A stretch of DNA of 64,000 bases from Paragordius varius (Eukaryota; Animalia; Nematomorpha). Numbering within the stretch: position 1 is the first letter of the stretch; every line of letters begins with the position of its first letter. Both the position numbers and the translations under genes were made by a program. The notes beneath the pieces are model-generated. The model was not told the DNA's origin. It saw only the letters and a program-made list of their open reading frames with translations, and made no database searches. Below are positions 25,835-36,847 of this stretch, piece by piece. The stretch lies in assembly GCA_964247055.1 (NCBI GenBank), contig OZ176057.1, forward strand, positions 4,402,001 through 4,466,000, written 5' to 3'.

Positions 25835-28089
25835 CCCAGTCTAAATAAACGTTTTTTCAGTCAATTGAATTCCCAGTCAATCGAAACGTTTTCCCAGTCA
25901 ATCGAAACGTTTTCCCAGTCAATAAAAACGTTTTCCCGGTCAATAACGTTTTCCCAGTCAATAAAAACGTTTTCCCTCAATAAAAACGTTTTCCCAGTCA
26001 ATAAAAACGGTTCTATTTTTGATAATAAACATTAAAACAAGATACAAAAATAACTTTTAACCATTATCAGCGTGATATTAGGATATTATTTTGCAAAAAA
26101 ACACAATTATTGAATGACAATTTTTCCCATATAGTCCACTAAACAATCTTTAATGACTTATTTTTTAAAAGTTGAACTATTACTGTACAAATATACTTGA
26201 ATAAATCAATCATTGTTTCATTTTATTAGAGAGACAAATTGAGATAATATATTAAAAAATGATTTCATTTATTGTATATGTTATAAAAAGATCACATATT
26301 TGATAAACCGGCTGCCGCCTTTACCATATTTGTCATTATCTTTTCAGAATAATTTCTGCTATCCTCCGATGTTATGGAGCCCGCTGCCAATTTTATCAGA
26401 TTCAATTTCACAATCGCATTCATATTATTTAATATAATATTTTGTCGGACAAAATTTTTTTTTTTGAAAATGCCATTTCGATTGGGTTCAACATATAACT
26501 GTGCGAGGACCAAAAATCAATTTTGTATTTGTATAAATCGGCTCTACCTTTTAATTCATTTTTTTATGAATGCGTACATTGTCCATAATAAAATGATATT
26601 AAATATCGTCGCGCTTTAAATATTCACAAAGTCCATCAAAAAAACTTGTAAAGCGTTGGGAATTGACTGTTCTTTGGCTTTCTATTTAGTAATAAAACAT
26701 ACCTCTTAATGACAGAGCTCCAATAAAAGTGATGTTTCTGCCTTTTACGCTAGGCACCTCAATATTGGCTCTCGTGCCACTTTTGGATCGACCTTGGCTT
26801 CTTCTAATATGGTTATTATAACCGCATTCATCCAAATAAATAATATTTGTTAAGTCATCGGAGAAAGATTGTGAAAACCATATTGCGTATTTTTTCCTTA
26901 AATCTATTATTTGAGCATTGACTTTTTCATTAAGATGATGGGCTAACTTCGAAGTTATTCTTAAAGATTTGATAACTCGGTCTATAGATGATTTAGATAA
27001 TTTTATTTTTTTTATCTTTTTTTTCCGTATTTAGTGCCTCTACGAGTTAGAATTTCTGAACTATTATTTTATTTATTTAGACATAATTTGACGAGCAGTA
27101 TTATAGTTTATATCTAAATCCTTTGATACATCCACAGTCCATTCTCCATCAAAAAAAACTCGTTTTACTAATCGCTTCCTATCTCGTTGAGATATAACTA
27201 ATCTTGATTCCTCTTTCTGACATAACTAAAATATTACTAAATAAAATGAACCTTATATAGATAATTTGATGTATGCAAATAAAAAAATTATTGATATTTC
27301 AACGTAAGGTTTTTATCCAATAAATTTAAAGCAGACGAGAAAATAATGATATAATATTTATAATTACAATATTGCACACCAGATAGTCACAGAAAAGGTT
27401 AACAACTCGTTATCTAAAATTTAATCGCTGCATTGGATATAAGTAATCAGATTATATACCATTTGCATTTCAGGTTAGCCCTTAAACATTAAAATTTCAT
27501 ACTTAAACATCTCAAATTAACATAAACTTGCGTACCATGATATTATGTATTCGTATTTTATCCGATATATTTTTTCATTAAAATCAACTTTTCCATCGTA
27601 AAATTATTTTTTTAAACAGTATTTTGATCAAGGACATAGTTGAAAGGTTTCCTTTTTGATTGTAAAGAGTTGAAAATACATTTAAATTTTATAATTCAAT
27701 CCGAAACTATAGATATTTTAGGTTAGCCCCGAATATTAATGCGAACGATTAATAAAATAAATAAATTATTAGTTTTCTAAAAATATTTCAAAAACCATCA
27801 AATACTCATCCAGCTAATAAAATATAGCTTTCAAAGATAAGCTAAAGATTGTGTAGTGGAATATATGGGAAAAATTGTCATTCAATAATTGTGTTTTTTT
27901 GCAAAATAATATCCTAATGTCACGCTGATAATGGTTAAAAGTTATTTTTGTATCTTGTTTCGATATTTATTATCAAAAATAAAACCGTTTTTATTGACTG
28001 GGAAAACGTTTTTATTGACTGGGAAAACGTTTCGATTGACTGGAAAAATGTTTCGATTGACTAACGTTTATTTAGACTGGGAAATGGCA
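25829..28089 (-). mobile_element. IS630/Tc1-type transposon with ~250-310-bp TIRs containing 21-bp arrays (Family G)
   Basis: Inverted arms ~25831-26145 and ~27843-28089; unit TTTTCCCAGTCAATAAAAACG repeated about 7-8 times on the left and 4-5 on the right; right terminus reads TA|TGCCATTTCCCAG on the minus strand; left end runs into (TA)n. Confidence 0.88.
26292..27223 (-). pseudogene. IS630/Tc1-like DD34E transposase, frameshifted
   Basis: RLVISQRDRKRLVKRVFFDGE..DLDINYNTARQI, LSKSSIDRVIKSLRIT, IIYLDECGYNNHIRRSQGRSKSGTRA, KGRNITFIGALS, HFIMDNVRIH, SYMLNPIEMAFSK. There are 101 nt between the second D and the E, i.e. DD34E with a 1-nt loss. Confidence 0.9.
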
Positions 28090-28093
28090 TATA

Positions 28094-28773
28094 TACCATT
28101 TGCACTTCAAGAGTGTCCTTGAACATTTCAAGTTGGTCCTTGAACAATTCAAGTGGTCCTTGAACAGTTCAAGTTGGTCCTTGAACAGTTCAAGTTGGTC
28201 CTTGAACATTTCAAGTTGGTCCTTGAACACTTCAAGTTGGTCCTTTGACTTTTTTGTTTTGTTTTAAACTTTTATCAATCAAATCGTAAATAATTCATCT
28301 ATTTTATTATTTTTAACCTATTTTTTATTATTTAACATAAATTTTGAATCGATACCTACTTTTAATCTTTGAGAAACCGTATATTTTTATTAATTTCTTA
28401 AAATAATTTTGGATATTTATAATATTTTAACACGAAATGAAAAAATATATAAGTTTTCTGGGTTATTAATTAAAAATTTTTATTAAAAACATTTAAAAGT
28501 CAATAATTTTGTTCAATTGAAAAAAATAGGTTGAAATAAAAAAAGTGGTTTTTCAATAAAAAAATTTATTTTTAAATGAATAAATATATAATATCTAAAG
28601 AAAATTAGGTTAATAAATAATAAAATAAAAAAATAAGTGCAAAAATTATGGTTAAATAAAATTTATAAATTATAAGGACCAACTTGAAGTAAGGACCAAC
28701 TTGAATTGTTCAAGGACCAACTTGAATTGTTCCAGGACCAACTTGAATTGGACACTCTTGAAGTGTAAATGGT
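28094..28773. mobile_element. Family E MITE, abutting the Family G transposon
   Basis: TA|TACCATTTGCACTTCAAGAGTGTCC, 6 left and about 4 right 21-bp units, ends GTGTAAATGGT. Confidence 0.9.
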
Positions 28774-29420
28774 TACCATTTGCACTTCAAGATTGTCCTT
28801 GAACACTTCAAGTTGGTCCTTGAACAGTTCAAGTTGGTCCTTGAACAATTCAAGTTGGTCCTTGAACACTTCAAGTTGGTCCTTTGACTTTTTTGTTTTT
28901 TTTTAACTTTTATCAATCAAATCGTAAATAATTCATTTATTTTATTGTTTTTAACCTATTTTCTATTATTTAACATAAATTTTAAATCGATATTAACTTA
29001 AATTCTTTGAGAAACCGTATATCTTTATTAATTTCTTAAAATAATTTCGGATATTTATAAGATTTTAACACGAAATGAAAAAATATATAAGTTTTTTGGG
29101 TTATTAATTTAAATTTTTCATTAAAAACATTTAAAAGACAATAATTTTGTAGAATTGAAAAAAAATAGTTTGAAATTAAAAAGTGGTTTTTCAAAAAAAA
29201 AGTTTATTTTTAAATGAATAAATATATAATAAATAAAGAAAATTAGGCTTAAATAATGAAATAAAAAAATAAATGCAAAAATTATGGTTAAATCAAAATT
29301 TATAAATTTTAAAGACCAACTTGAAGTGTTTAAGGACCAACTTGAATTGTTCAAGGACCAACTTGAATTGTTCAAGGACCAACTTGAACTGTTCAAGACA
29401 CTCTTGAAGTGCAAATGGTA
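28774..29420. mobile_element. Family E MITE, head-to-tail tandem with the previous copy
   Basis: TACCATTTGCACTTCAAG...CTTGAAGTGCAAATGGTA|TA; 4 left and 4 right units; core near-identical to 28094-28773. Confidence 0.9.
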
Positions 29421-29823
29421 TATATGATTTATGAGTGTGTATAAGGATCTCCTGATACTGCATTTATTAGATTTTTAGTTATTTTTTGATTTTAAAATTA
29501 AGCTTAAATGCGTATAAATAATAAAAATTAAATTTTCAAATTTAATTGGAAAGTTTTTATTAAAAATACAACGAACTCGGATGTATTAAGGTAATTAACT
29601 AAATACAAACATCAAAATATTCGTATTAGAAAAAATCACCTTTTAAAATATTATAAAAGGGCAGAGATTATGATAGGTGAGATCGATTGTGTTATACAAT
29701 GGAATAATATTAAATTAATTTATATATAATAATTCTAAAATAGGACAGCACTAGACTATCGTCCCTATTGAATGATGCATTGTGTTTTTTAATTTCTATG
29801 ATTCGCGTATAAGACGCTTGTTA

Positions 29824-30092
29824 TCATGTTCTATTTTTGTTGTTATGACCTTGATGTCGGCTATGTAGCGTTTTACATTGACAAACGTCTTCATAGAGAC
29901 CCGAATCGGGTATCGTTAATCGGATGTATCCAGAATGTTCTCGTAAAAGAACGTTTTCATCTCCTTTTCCGCAGACAGTTTCACTGGATATCGCTAGCTA
30001 AAACCATTATATTTATTTTATAAATTTAACTTGCATATTTGACATGAAATATCACACCGTATAACTTGATTTAAACAGACGATAGTTTTCAT
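29824..30092 (-). other. Candidate CUB-like gene fragment, head-to-head with the transposase
   Basis: After a ttttag acceptor (30000-29998) an open frame reads LAISSETVCGKGDENVLLREHSGYIRLTIPDSGLYEDVCQCKTLHSRHQG; a possible first exon MKTIVCLNQ|gt has its ATG at 30092-30090. Resemblance to the start of a CUB domain is by eye only. Confidence 0.3.
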
Positions 30093-30118
30093 GTTTTTTA
30101 AAAAAATCGTCTGTTTAA
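30071..30118. promoter_or_regulatory. 13-bp perfect inverted repeat upstream of the transposase start
   Basis: TTAAACAGACGAT-N22-ATCGTCTGTTTAA, 25 nt before the ATG at 30144. Regulatory role is inferred. Confidence 0.55.
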
Positions 30119-30143
30119 CTAATTTATATTTCCAAAAAATAAA

Positions 30144-31151
30144 ATGAGTATTATTTTATTTTATATTTTAGATTCTAGGAAGTATTCTAAATTATCTGAT
30201 CAAAATAAAAAACGACTTATAAAGAGTGTTATTATAGAAGGTGAAAATATAATAAATATGGCACGCTCTCTAGAAAATATACTACTGCCAAACGTATCAT
30301 TAGTAAATACAAACAAAATCTAAATGAAAACACAAATCATGGAGGAAATATAAAAAGGTTGATGATAGTATTGTTGCCCTTATTGAAGGCCAAATTACCA
30401 TAAATCCACTCATAACACTAAAATCACTAAATTGTTTTTTAGTTGAAAAAAATATCCGCCTTTCTAATGCAACTATTAATAATGTTATTAGAAAGCTTGG
30501 CATTACAATGAAACAAACTCATATTGAAATTGATAAGGTTAACAATCCTTTAAGTTTAATTAAACGAAAAGAATACGCCCTTTGGTTAAATGAAACCTTT
30601 GGCTGCGACTATTCCAAAATAGTGTTCATAGATGAGTCAGGATTCCATAACCATTTAAGAAGAAACTATGGAAGGTCTAAGAAGGGAACCAGAGCGATTG
30701 CAAAGTTGTTAAACTTTAAAGGAAGAAACGTTACTTTGATAGCAGCTCTAGGTTCGGCTGGAATAGTGTACTCACATATAGAGTCGGAAAGAAATGTTAA
30801 TGCTAATATTTTTGCAAATTTTTTTCAGAATCTCTGTATACATCTCAACTCATCTAATTTGGAAGATATTCATTTTATTTTGGATAACGCAAAAATTCAT
30901 AATAGAAATTCATTAAATAATATTGCCGCCATTTATTCCTTTTTATTTCTATCTCCATACAGTTTTATGCTAAATCCTATTGAAAATGCATTTTCCAAAA
31001 TCAAAAATTATGTTTGCCACATGTTATCAAGTCCGAGTTAATTTTAGAAGCCTCTAAAGCTATCACAGAATCTGATGTGATAGGATATACAAAATTGTTA
31101 ACTAAGAATCTAATTAATGCAGCATCAGGAAATCCTTATACTCATAAATAA
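30144..31151 (+). pseudogene. IS630/Tc1-like DDE transposase with a putative 24-nt intron and frameshifts; the catalytic core ORF 30508-31041 is still open
   Basis: ATG A|gt..24 nt..ag|AT gives MNSRKYSKLSDQNKKRLIKSVIIEGE (HTH region); then LSNATINNVIRKLGITMK, IVFIDESGF, HFILDNAKIH, LSPYSFMLNPIENAFSKIK (D-32-E in this copy); the C-terminus ..LINAASGNPYTHK* is in a shifted frame. Homologous along its length to 26292-27223. Confidence 0.92.
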
Positions 31152-31357
31152 TCATATATTTATATTTGTGATTATTCTATAATATACAATAAATATATTT
31201 TATGAAAAATTAAATAAATGTTGGTTATTTCAAATATTTCTGATTATTTTACACTAAATAGGTTCATAATTTATAAAAATTAAATTAGGATAATCAAAAT
31301 TACTATTGCAAATAACAATAATAACCTAAAATTTAATAAAATATAAAAAAAATATTT

Positions 31358-31825
31358 AATTTAAATGGTTTAGAGTTTTTGGCATAGTTACAAATTCAAG
31401 GACCAACTTGAATTGATCAAGGACCAACTTGAATTGTTCAAGGACCAACTTGATATGTTCAAGGACCAACTTGAAATGTTCAAGGACCAACTTGAATTGT
31501 TCAAGGACGAACTTGAATTGTTCAAGGACCAACTTGAACTGTTCAAGGACCAACTTGAATTGTTCAAGGACACTCTTGAAGTGTAAATGGTATATTAAAT
31601 TTAAATGGTTTAGAGTTTTTGGCATAGTTACAAATTCAAGGACCAACTTGAATTGTTCAAGGACCAACTTGAAATGTTCAAGGACCAACTTGAATTGTTC
31701 AAGGACCAATTTGAATTGTTCAAGGACCAACTTGAACTGCTCAAGGACCAACTTGAACTGTTCAAGGACCAACTTGAACTGTTCAAGGACCAACTTGAAT
31801 TGAAGGACACTCTTGAAGTGTAAAT

Positions 31826-31829
<4 letters not shown>
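31358..31829. repeat. Tandemly duplicated right TIR (2 x ~240 bp), each with 8 Family E 21-bp units
   Basis: Copies begin at ~31358 and ~31598; unit AAGGACCAACTTGAAxTGTTC; each copy ends GGACACTCTTGAAGTGTAAATGGTA. Confidence 0.92.

Positions 31830-31894
<65 letters not shown>
31828..31894. repeat. (TA)n microsatellite, the longest in the window
   Basis: Pure TA tract directly after the TIR terminus. Other tracts at about 12446-12495, 25805-25830, 39887-39921, 43753-43793, 51813-51836, 52411-52444, 55297-55329, 59107-59130 and 63692-63729. Confidence 0.97.
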
Positions 31895-31896
<2 letters not shown>

Positions 31897-33332
31897 TTAG
31901 TAATTCTACCCCCAATAGTGAACACTCTATGTATTTAATTTTTGAAGCAAAGTTTTCATTAATTTTCAAGTTTTTTATACCTTATGTCACACGGTATGGA
32001 GTATATTAAGTTTTCGAAAAAATGGCTCAGTGACAGACACATTTGGAAAAAATTCAATGAATCCATTATTGAAACTAAATAGACCTATACGTTTTCAAGA
32101 AATATACTTGAAGGCCAATATTTTTCAGAATTCCTATTATTTTAGGGACGCGACTAAACTGAGAAATTTTTAAATCTCAGTAACATTCGGCGCATTTGCT
32201 AAAAAATTCATATTGAAAAAAATTGAGCCGCGTTTCTGTATGCGTGCTACAAATTTTTTTTTATCTTTTTCGAAAAAACCAAGTTTTACATGGGGTGGCA
32301 AAACTGAAGGATAATTTCCGTGGCTCAGTCACCAACACCATTATAAATCATTAAAATCAGACTTTTTGAGTGGACCTATAAGGTTGATCTGATCCACTAA
32401 AAAGAGACTTTTATATGGATCTATATTTATAAAATAGGTTATAGCTTTCTTCAAAAAAATTCATCCTCCTACTAAAATTATATTGACCATTTTTTCTAAA
32501 AAAAGGATAACTAATTTTATTAATAATCTTAGGCATTTCTTAAGGGTTAAGATTAATCATAAACCTAGCCCTTAAGCCCCAACCTATTTCTAAATGTAAA
32601 TGGGGGTTTTAGCTACGATGCTGCCAACAAAGTCTATGCAAAGTATTAGAAGTTGTTTGTGAATAGTATAAATAATAATAAAATATTTTAATCATTTGTT
32701 AAATACATACATAAAAATAAAAATCCTCATAATTTTTGGTTTTTTTTTTTAAATATTAGCCATCATAATACAAAAATTTAAAAAAGGTGTTTGGAATATA
32801 TGACGTGAATATATGATGTAGCCCCCTATACACAGTTTTATAAAAAATCGGAAATGATTAAACTTTAAAGTTTAAATCCATCACTATAAATTTTTTGACA
32901 AAATTAAAGAACATTTAATTGTTTACCCACACTTGACGTGTATATTTTCTCTCTATTATATGAAACAAATAATTTTGTTTAGCATTCCAGCCTAGGAAAT
33001 GTTTTCGTTTTTTACCTTACATTAGTATCAAACATTATGTATGAATGGTATTTTGTATATGTTATTTTTTGATTGTTTTTTTAGATTATTAAATATATAT
33101 TATTATGTAAAATAGAGAACCAATACATTTTATTTTTTCTGAGAAATTGGACGTGGAGTTCATATTTTTGTAAAATAAATATGAACATAGTGTGTACTCA
33201 CTTTCGAATAAATTGTTTCGATAGTTTATACGTAAAATATAATAAATTTTATTTATTATATCGTTAATATTCTACCCCGAGAATAAGAAATGAAATTCGA
33301 ATTGCTATTAATCCTTACAATCGTTTCAGGTA

Positions 33333-35324
33333 TCTATATATTTATAAAAATGGAAAGTGGTGGCTTTGTGATCTGTTTCCGGAAAACCGGTAGACCTATT
33401 CAAATCCAAATGCCAAAAAAATAATCATTAATGGATGCCCAGACAATAGCTTCGCCCTTTTTTTGAATGAGGTCCCCTGTTCGGGCCCACCCTGTGTAAA
33501 AAACGAAAAACACAAGTCAACAAAAATCGTGTCTTTGAGACAATTTTCAGGAAAACGTGTTGGATCATTCGATTTCAAATATGTTTTTTTTTACTTTTTT
33601 TCGATTGCGCCGAGCATAGTCGGCTCGCTTTTTTAATTTAGGACCTCTTTTTACCCGCTCCCCCCATAAAATGCTATTTTCTTCCAAAAAATTAAGTCCA
33701 CAAAAATAATTTTTTGAATCTATTTTTCGCCCAAGGTATGAGACCGTAAGAATTAAATGAGGATTCCAGTGTTCCCTGTTAAAAGGCAAAAATTTTAGTC
33801 GTGCGTTTCTTTTATATTGACTGCAAGGTAAGATATCCGCTAAAACTTGCCCCGTCAAATGGAAATAGCGTGCCTTTGGGGCTAAATTTCAGAAAACATA
33901 TCAGGCCATATGAGTAGGTGCTTAAAATATCTGTAACAAAGAAAAAATTAATGCCGAATTAGCCGCTAATTAGGCCCTGAAAAATGCGCCACCATAGAAT
34001 GACTTTTTAGTTTTGAGGCAATTTTTCAAAAAACTAATGAGAGCATATGGAATCAATCATGATTCCAGGTATTCTTTGTAAAAAGGCAAAAATCTTAATC
34101 CAGCGCTTTTGTATTAGCCTCTGATAGAGCTACCCACCTAAAACTGCGCCACTACGAAATTCCGTTGTTTAGGAGTTAATTTTCAGAAAACAGGCCATAT
34201 AATTTAAGTGGAGCGCTTTTTTTAAATTAGCAGTTGATTGGGCCCTTTGCGCCCTTAAAAAGGTCCTATCATTGAATGACTTTTTGGTTTTTAGGCAATT
34301 TTTCGAAAATCCCGCGAGAGCATATGGAATCAATCATGATTCCAATTGCCCGAATTAAGACAAAATTTTAATCGAGTTTTTTGTTTCGCCCCTGGTTAGG
34401 GGGCTAGCGTAAAACTGTCTCCCTTATCGACACAGCATGGAGCCAAATCGAAGAAAACCTATGCGACTATGTGAGTAAAATAAGGGCCCAAAATATTTAT
34501 TACCCCTTAAAAAAATTTTAGCATAGGGGGTTATTTCAATGGGTCTCTAAGTAAAGTTTACGCTTTAAAAAATGCGCGCCATTGAAATTTTTTTTAGTTT
34601 TGAAGCGATCCAAGAACTTATATGAACATATGGAATTGATGATAATTCCAGATATTCACCATATAAAGGCAAAAATTTTGCGCGACGCTTTTTTTATACC
34701 TGCCTCTGGGTAAGGATCTGCCCGCCAAAAACTGCGCCACTATATAGAAATTGCGTTGTTTTCGAGCTAATTTACAGAAAATTTATGAAGCCATATGAGC
34801 TCATTAAAAGCTTGAAATATTACCCGTTACTTGGTAAAAATTTAGGTCAGGCGTTTTTTATTAGCCGTTAATTTGGGACCTTCACCTAAAAATACGCCAT
34901 CATATAACGATTATTTAATGTTTAGGCATTATTTCGAATATCCCATGAGACGATGGTATCAATGATGATTCCAAATATTTGCCCTATAAAGGCAAAAAAA
35001 TTAACTCAGCGCTTTTTCGATATAGGTCTATGGGTAAGGGTCTACCGGTTTAAGGCGTGGTATTGGAGCTAAATTTCAAAAAACCTAAGAAGCCATACGA
35101 GTTCAATAAAGACATTAAATGATACCCAAATATAGGTAAAAAGTATAATATAGCGGTTTTTTCCGTTAGCCGTCAATTTAGGGCCTGCACCAGTAAAAAA
35201 TATATTAGTGTGAATGCACAGTTTTGAAAATTTAGGAAACCGTTTTGAAATTCTATAAATACCCCCCCCCCCAGAAGTCTGAAGGACTTCCTCGGGCTGT
35301 GTAGCAGCACGAGATTTACGCTAG
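33333..35324 (+). mobile_element. Non-autonomous Helitron with internal ~300-bp tandem units, copy 2
   Basis: A|TCTATATATTTATAAAAATG 5' end; 3' hairpin CTCGGGCTG-TGTAG-CAGCACGAG (35291-35313) followed by CTAG|T; inserted between A and T with no TSD; unit anchors at about 33766, 34065, 34342, 34648 and 34971. Confidence 0.9.
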
Positions 35325-36725
35325 TTTAAAATAGTTATCTGTATCGTTAAATGAGCTATTTTAGCCTTTAGTTTTATTATAAAGGACGGTTATAAATAAG
35401 TTATGAGCCCGTGTATCAGGGGTCTTCAACATGCTGTCCTTTAAAACATACTACCCGGGAAAATTTTTAAGTATAAAATTAAACCAAGATAAATTTTTTA
35501 ATAAATTTTTTGAATAATTAATCCGTATTTCGGCAGTGCACTAGCAAAAATAAATGAGATTAATAGTTTTTACAGTCTTATATTTGAAAACTAAGAAAAT
35601 ATATATTAATGCCCTTGTATGTCGCAAATGCGGCCACCAAAGCCATTTGTGCACCCTGATATGTTGATGTTGTTTATTACACTTTTACATAACTTATTAG
35701 TAATGATTTAATACAACATTTGTCTTTACACTTGCCTGACCGGATTTAAAAAAATTTGTTTTATATTTAAAAACTTCTGTACAACTATTACACATTGAAT
35801 ATCATTTTATAAGTATTGAAAACCAAAGCTAGTGTGGAATAACAATAAAAAACAAGTAGGGAGAAGTTGCATTATGTAAGCACCTACCAAATTAAATTCG
35901 ACTTGTGTTGCCGGTGTTTATGATCAAGATGCTCATAAAACCCATTTTGTTTTAATTAAAATTATATTTTTAATAATTATACCCCCGAGTAAAATCAATT
36001 ATATTTGAATAATGGGTACGGATATCATGATGGTATTGTCATTTAGATGAAACTCTCTAATTTAATTATAAATAATATAACTCTCAGATCCATTGTGTAC
36101 TACCCTTTTAGCTGTTAAAACATGTTTACTCATCTTAATAACTTAAGAAGATCATTAAATAAGTTTTTCTGAATTAGAACATGGGCGCCATGTTAAAAAA
36201 TAGGTTGTCAAATTGAAACTATATTTGCGCGTTATATGAATAAATTTCGATGATTGGCATCAGAATTTCATTGATGCTCCATAGAGGATATTCTAGAAAC
36301 TATGATAGACAAATTAAAGCTTTTAAAATTTATTTATTACACTTTTAGTAAAAATTGGAATTATACGAAAACGTATAAATTTTAAAAATTATAATGATGT
36401 ATATTTTATTAAAAATTAAGTTTGAAAAAGAAATACTAAGATTATGTAACTACTATTTGCTTTTCCAATTTTTGCCACTTTTTCAAAATTAAAAATTATG
36501 AGAATTTTTTAAAAAGATCAATTTGATTTTTAAATACCATATTTTAATTTTTTTCCGATTCCAAGCAAGCCGCATGTTGGACAACCCTAAGTTAAAATAT
36601 AGTGCCTAATTTTTATTTTATACTTATTTTTCCGTTTACCGGGTGTTTGAGATGGCGAAAATTATATAATCTTTATCTTAAAAAATTTATAAACTTGCTA
36701 AAAATATGATTAGTAACTATCCTAG

Positions 36726-36847
36726 AAGACATCAAAATGTATAGAAGATGGAGCAAAAAAATTATCATATCGAATTTGACTTATTCACCTATGGGATATG
36801 TGTCCTTGACATTTAGAGAATCGAAATCAACAATTGATTTTACGAAG
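36726..36847 (+). CDS. Candidate exon 1 of 7 of a spliced host gene (TGF-beta propeptide-like)
   Basis: cctag|..DIKMYRRWSKKIIISNLTYSPMGYVSLTFRESKSTIDFTK|gtttta; phase 1 in, phase 0 out. Confidence 0.5.

Noticed and set aside
31388-31810. 21-bp repeat arrays next to a transposase as a CRISPR-like array
   Set aside because: Units are contiguous with no unique spacers, occur as inverted pairs at element ends, and no cas-like ORF exists; the context is eukaryotic.
25829-31829. Fanzor/TnpB-like RNA-guided nuclease cargo in the IS630/Tc1 elements
   Set aside because: No long ORF or RuvC/zinc-finger motifs seen on either strand; the spare internal space is only about 600-700 bp per element.
31356-31969. 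ORFs with (EQFKLVL)n, (NNSSWSL)n, (CSRTNLN)n and (YI)n, also at 28663-28869, 29121-29414, 51854-52036 and 59585-59857
   Set aside because: They arise automatically because the 21-bp unit is divisible by three and stop-free in several frames, or from TA tracts; they are not independent genes.
36281-36322. IEDILETMIDKLKL, with the spacing of the TGF-beta latency helix IEAIRGQILSKLRL
   Set aside because: Stops lie immediately upstream in frame, the expected proline-rich lasso does not follow, and the splice sites are ambiguous; not included in the exon chain.
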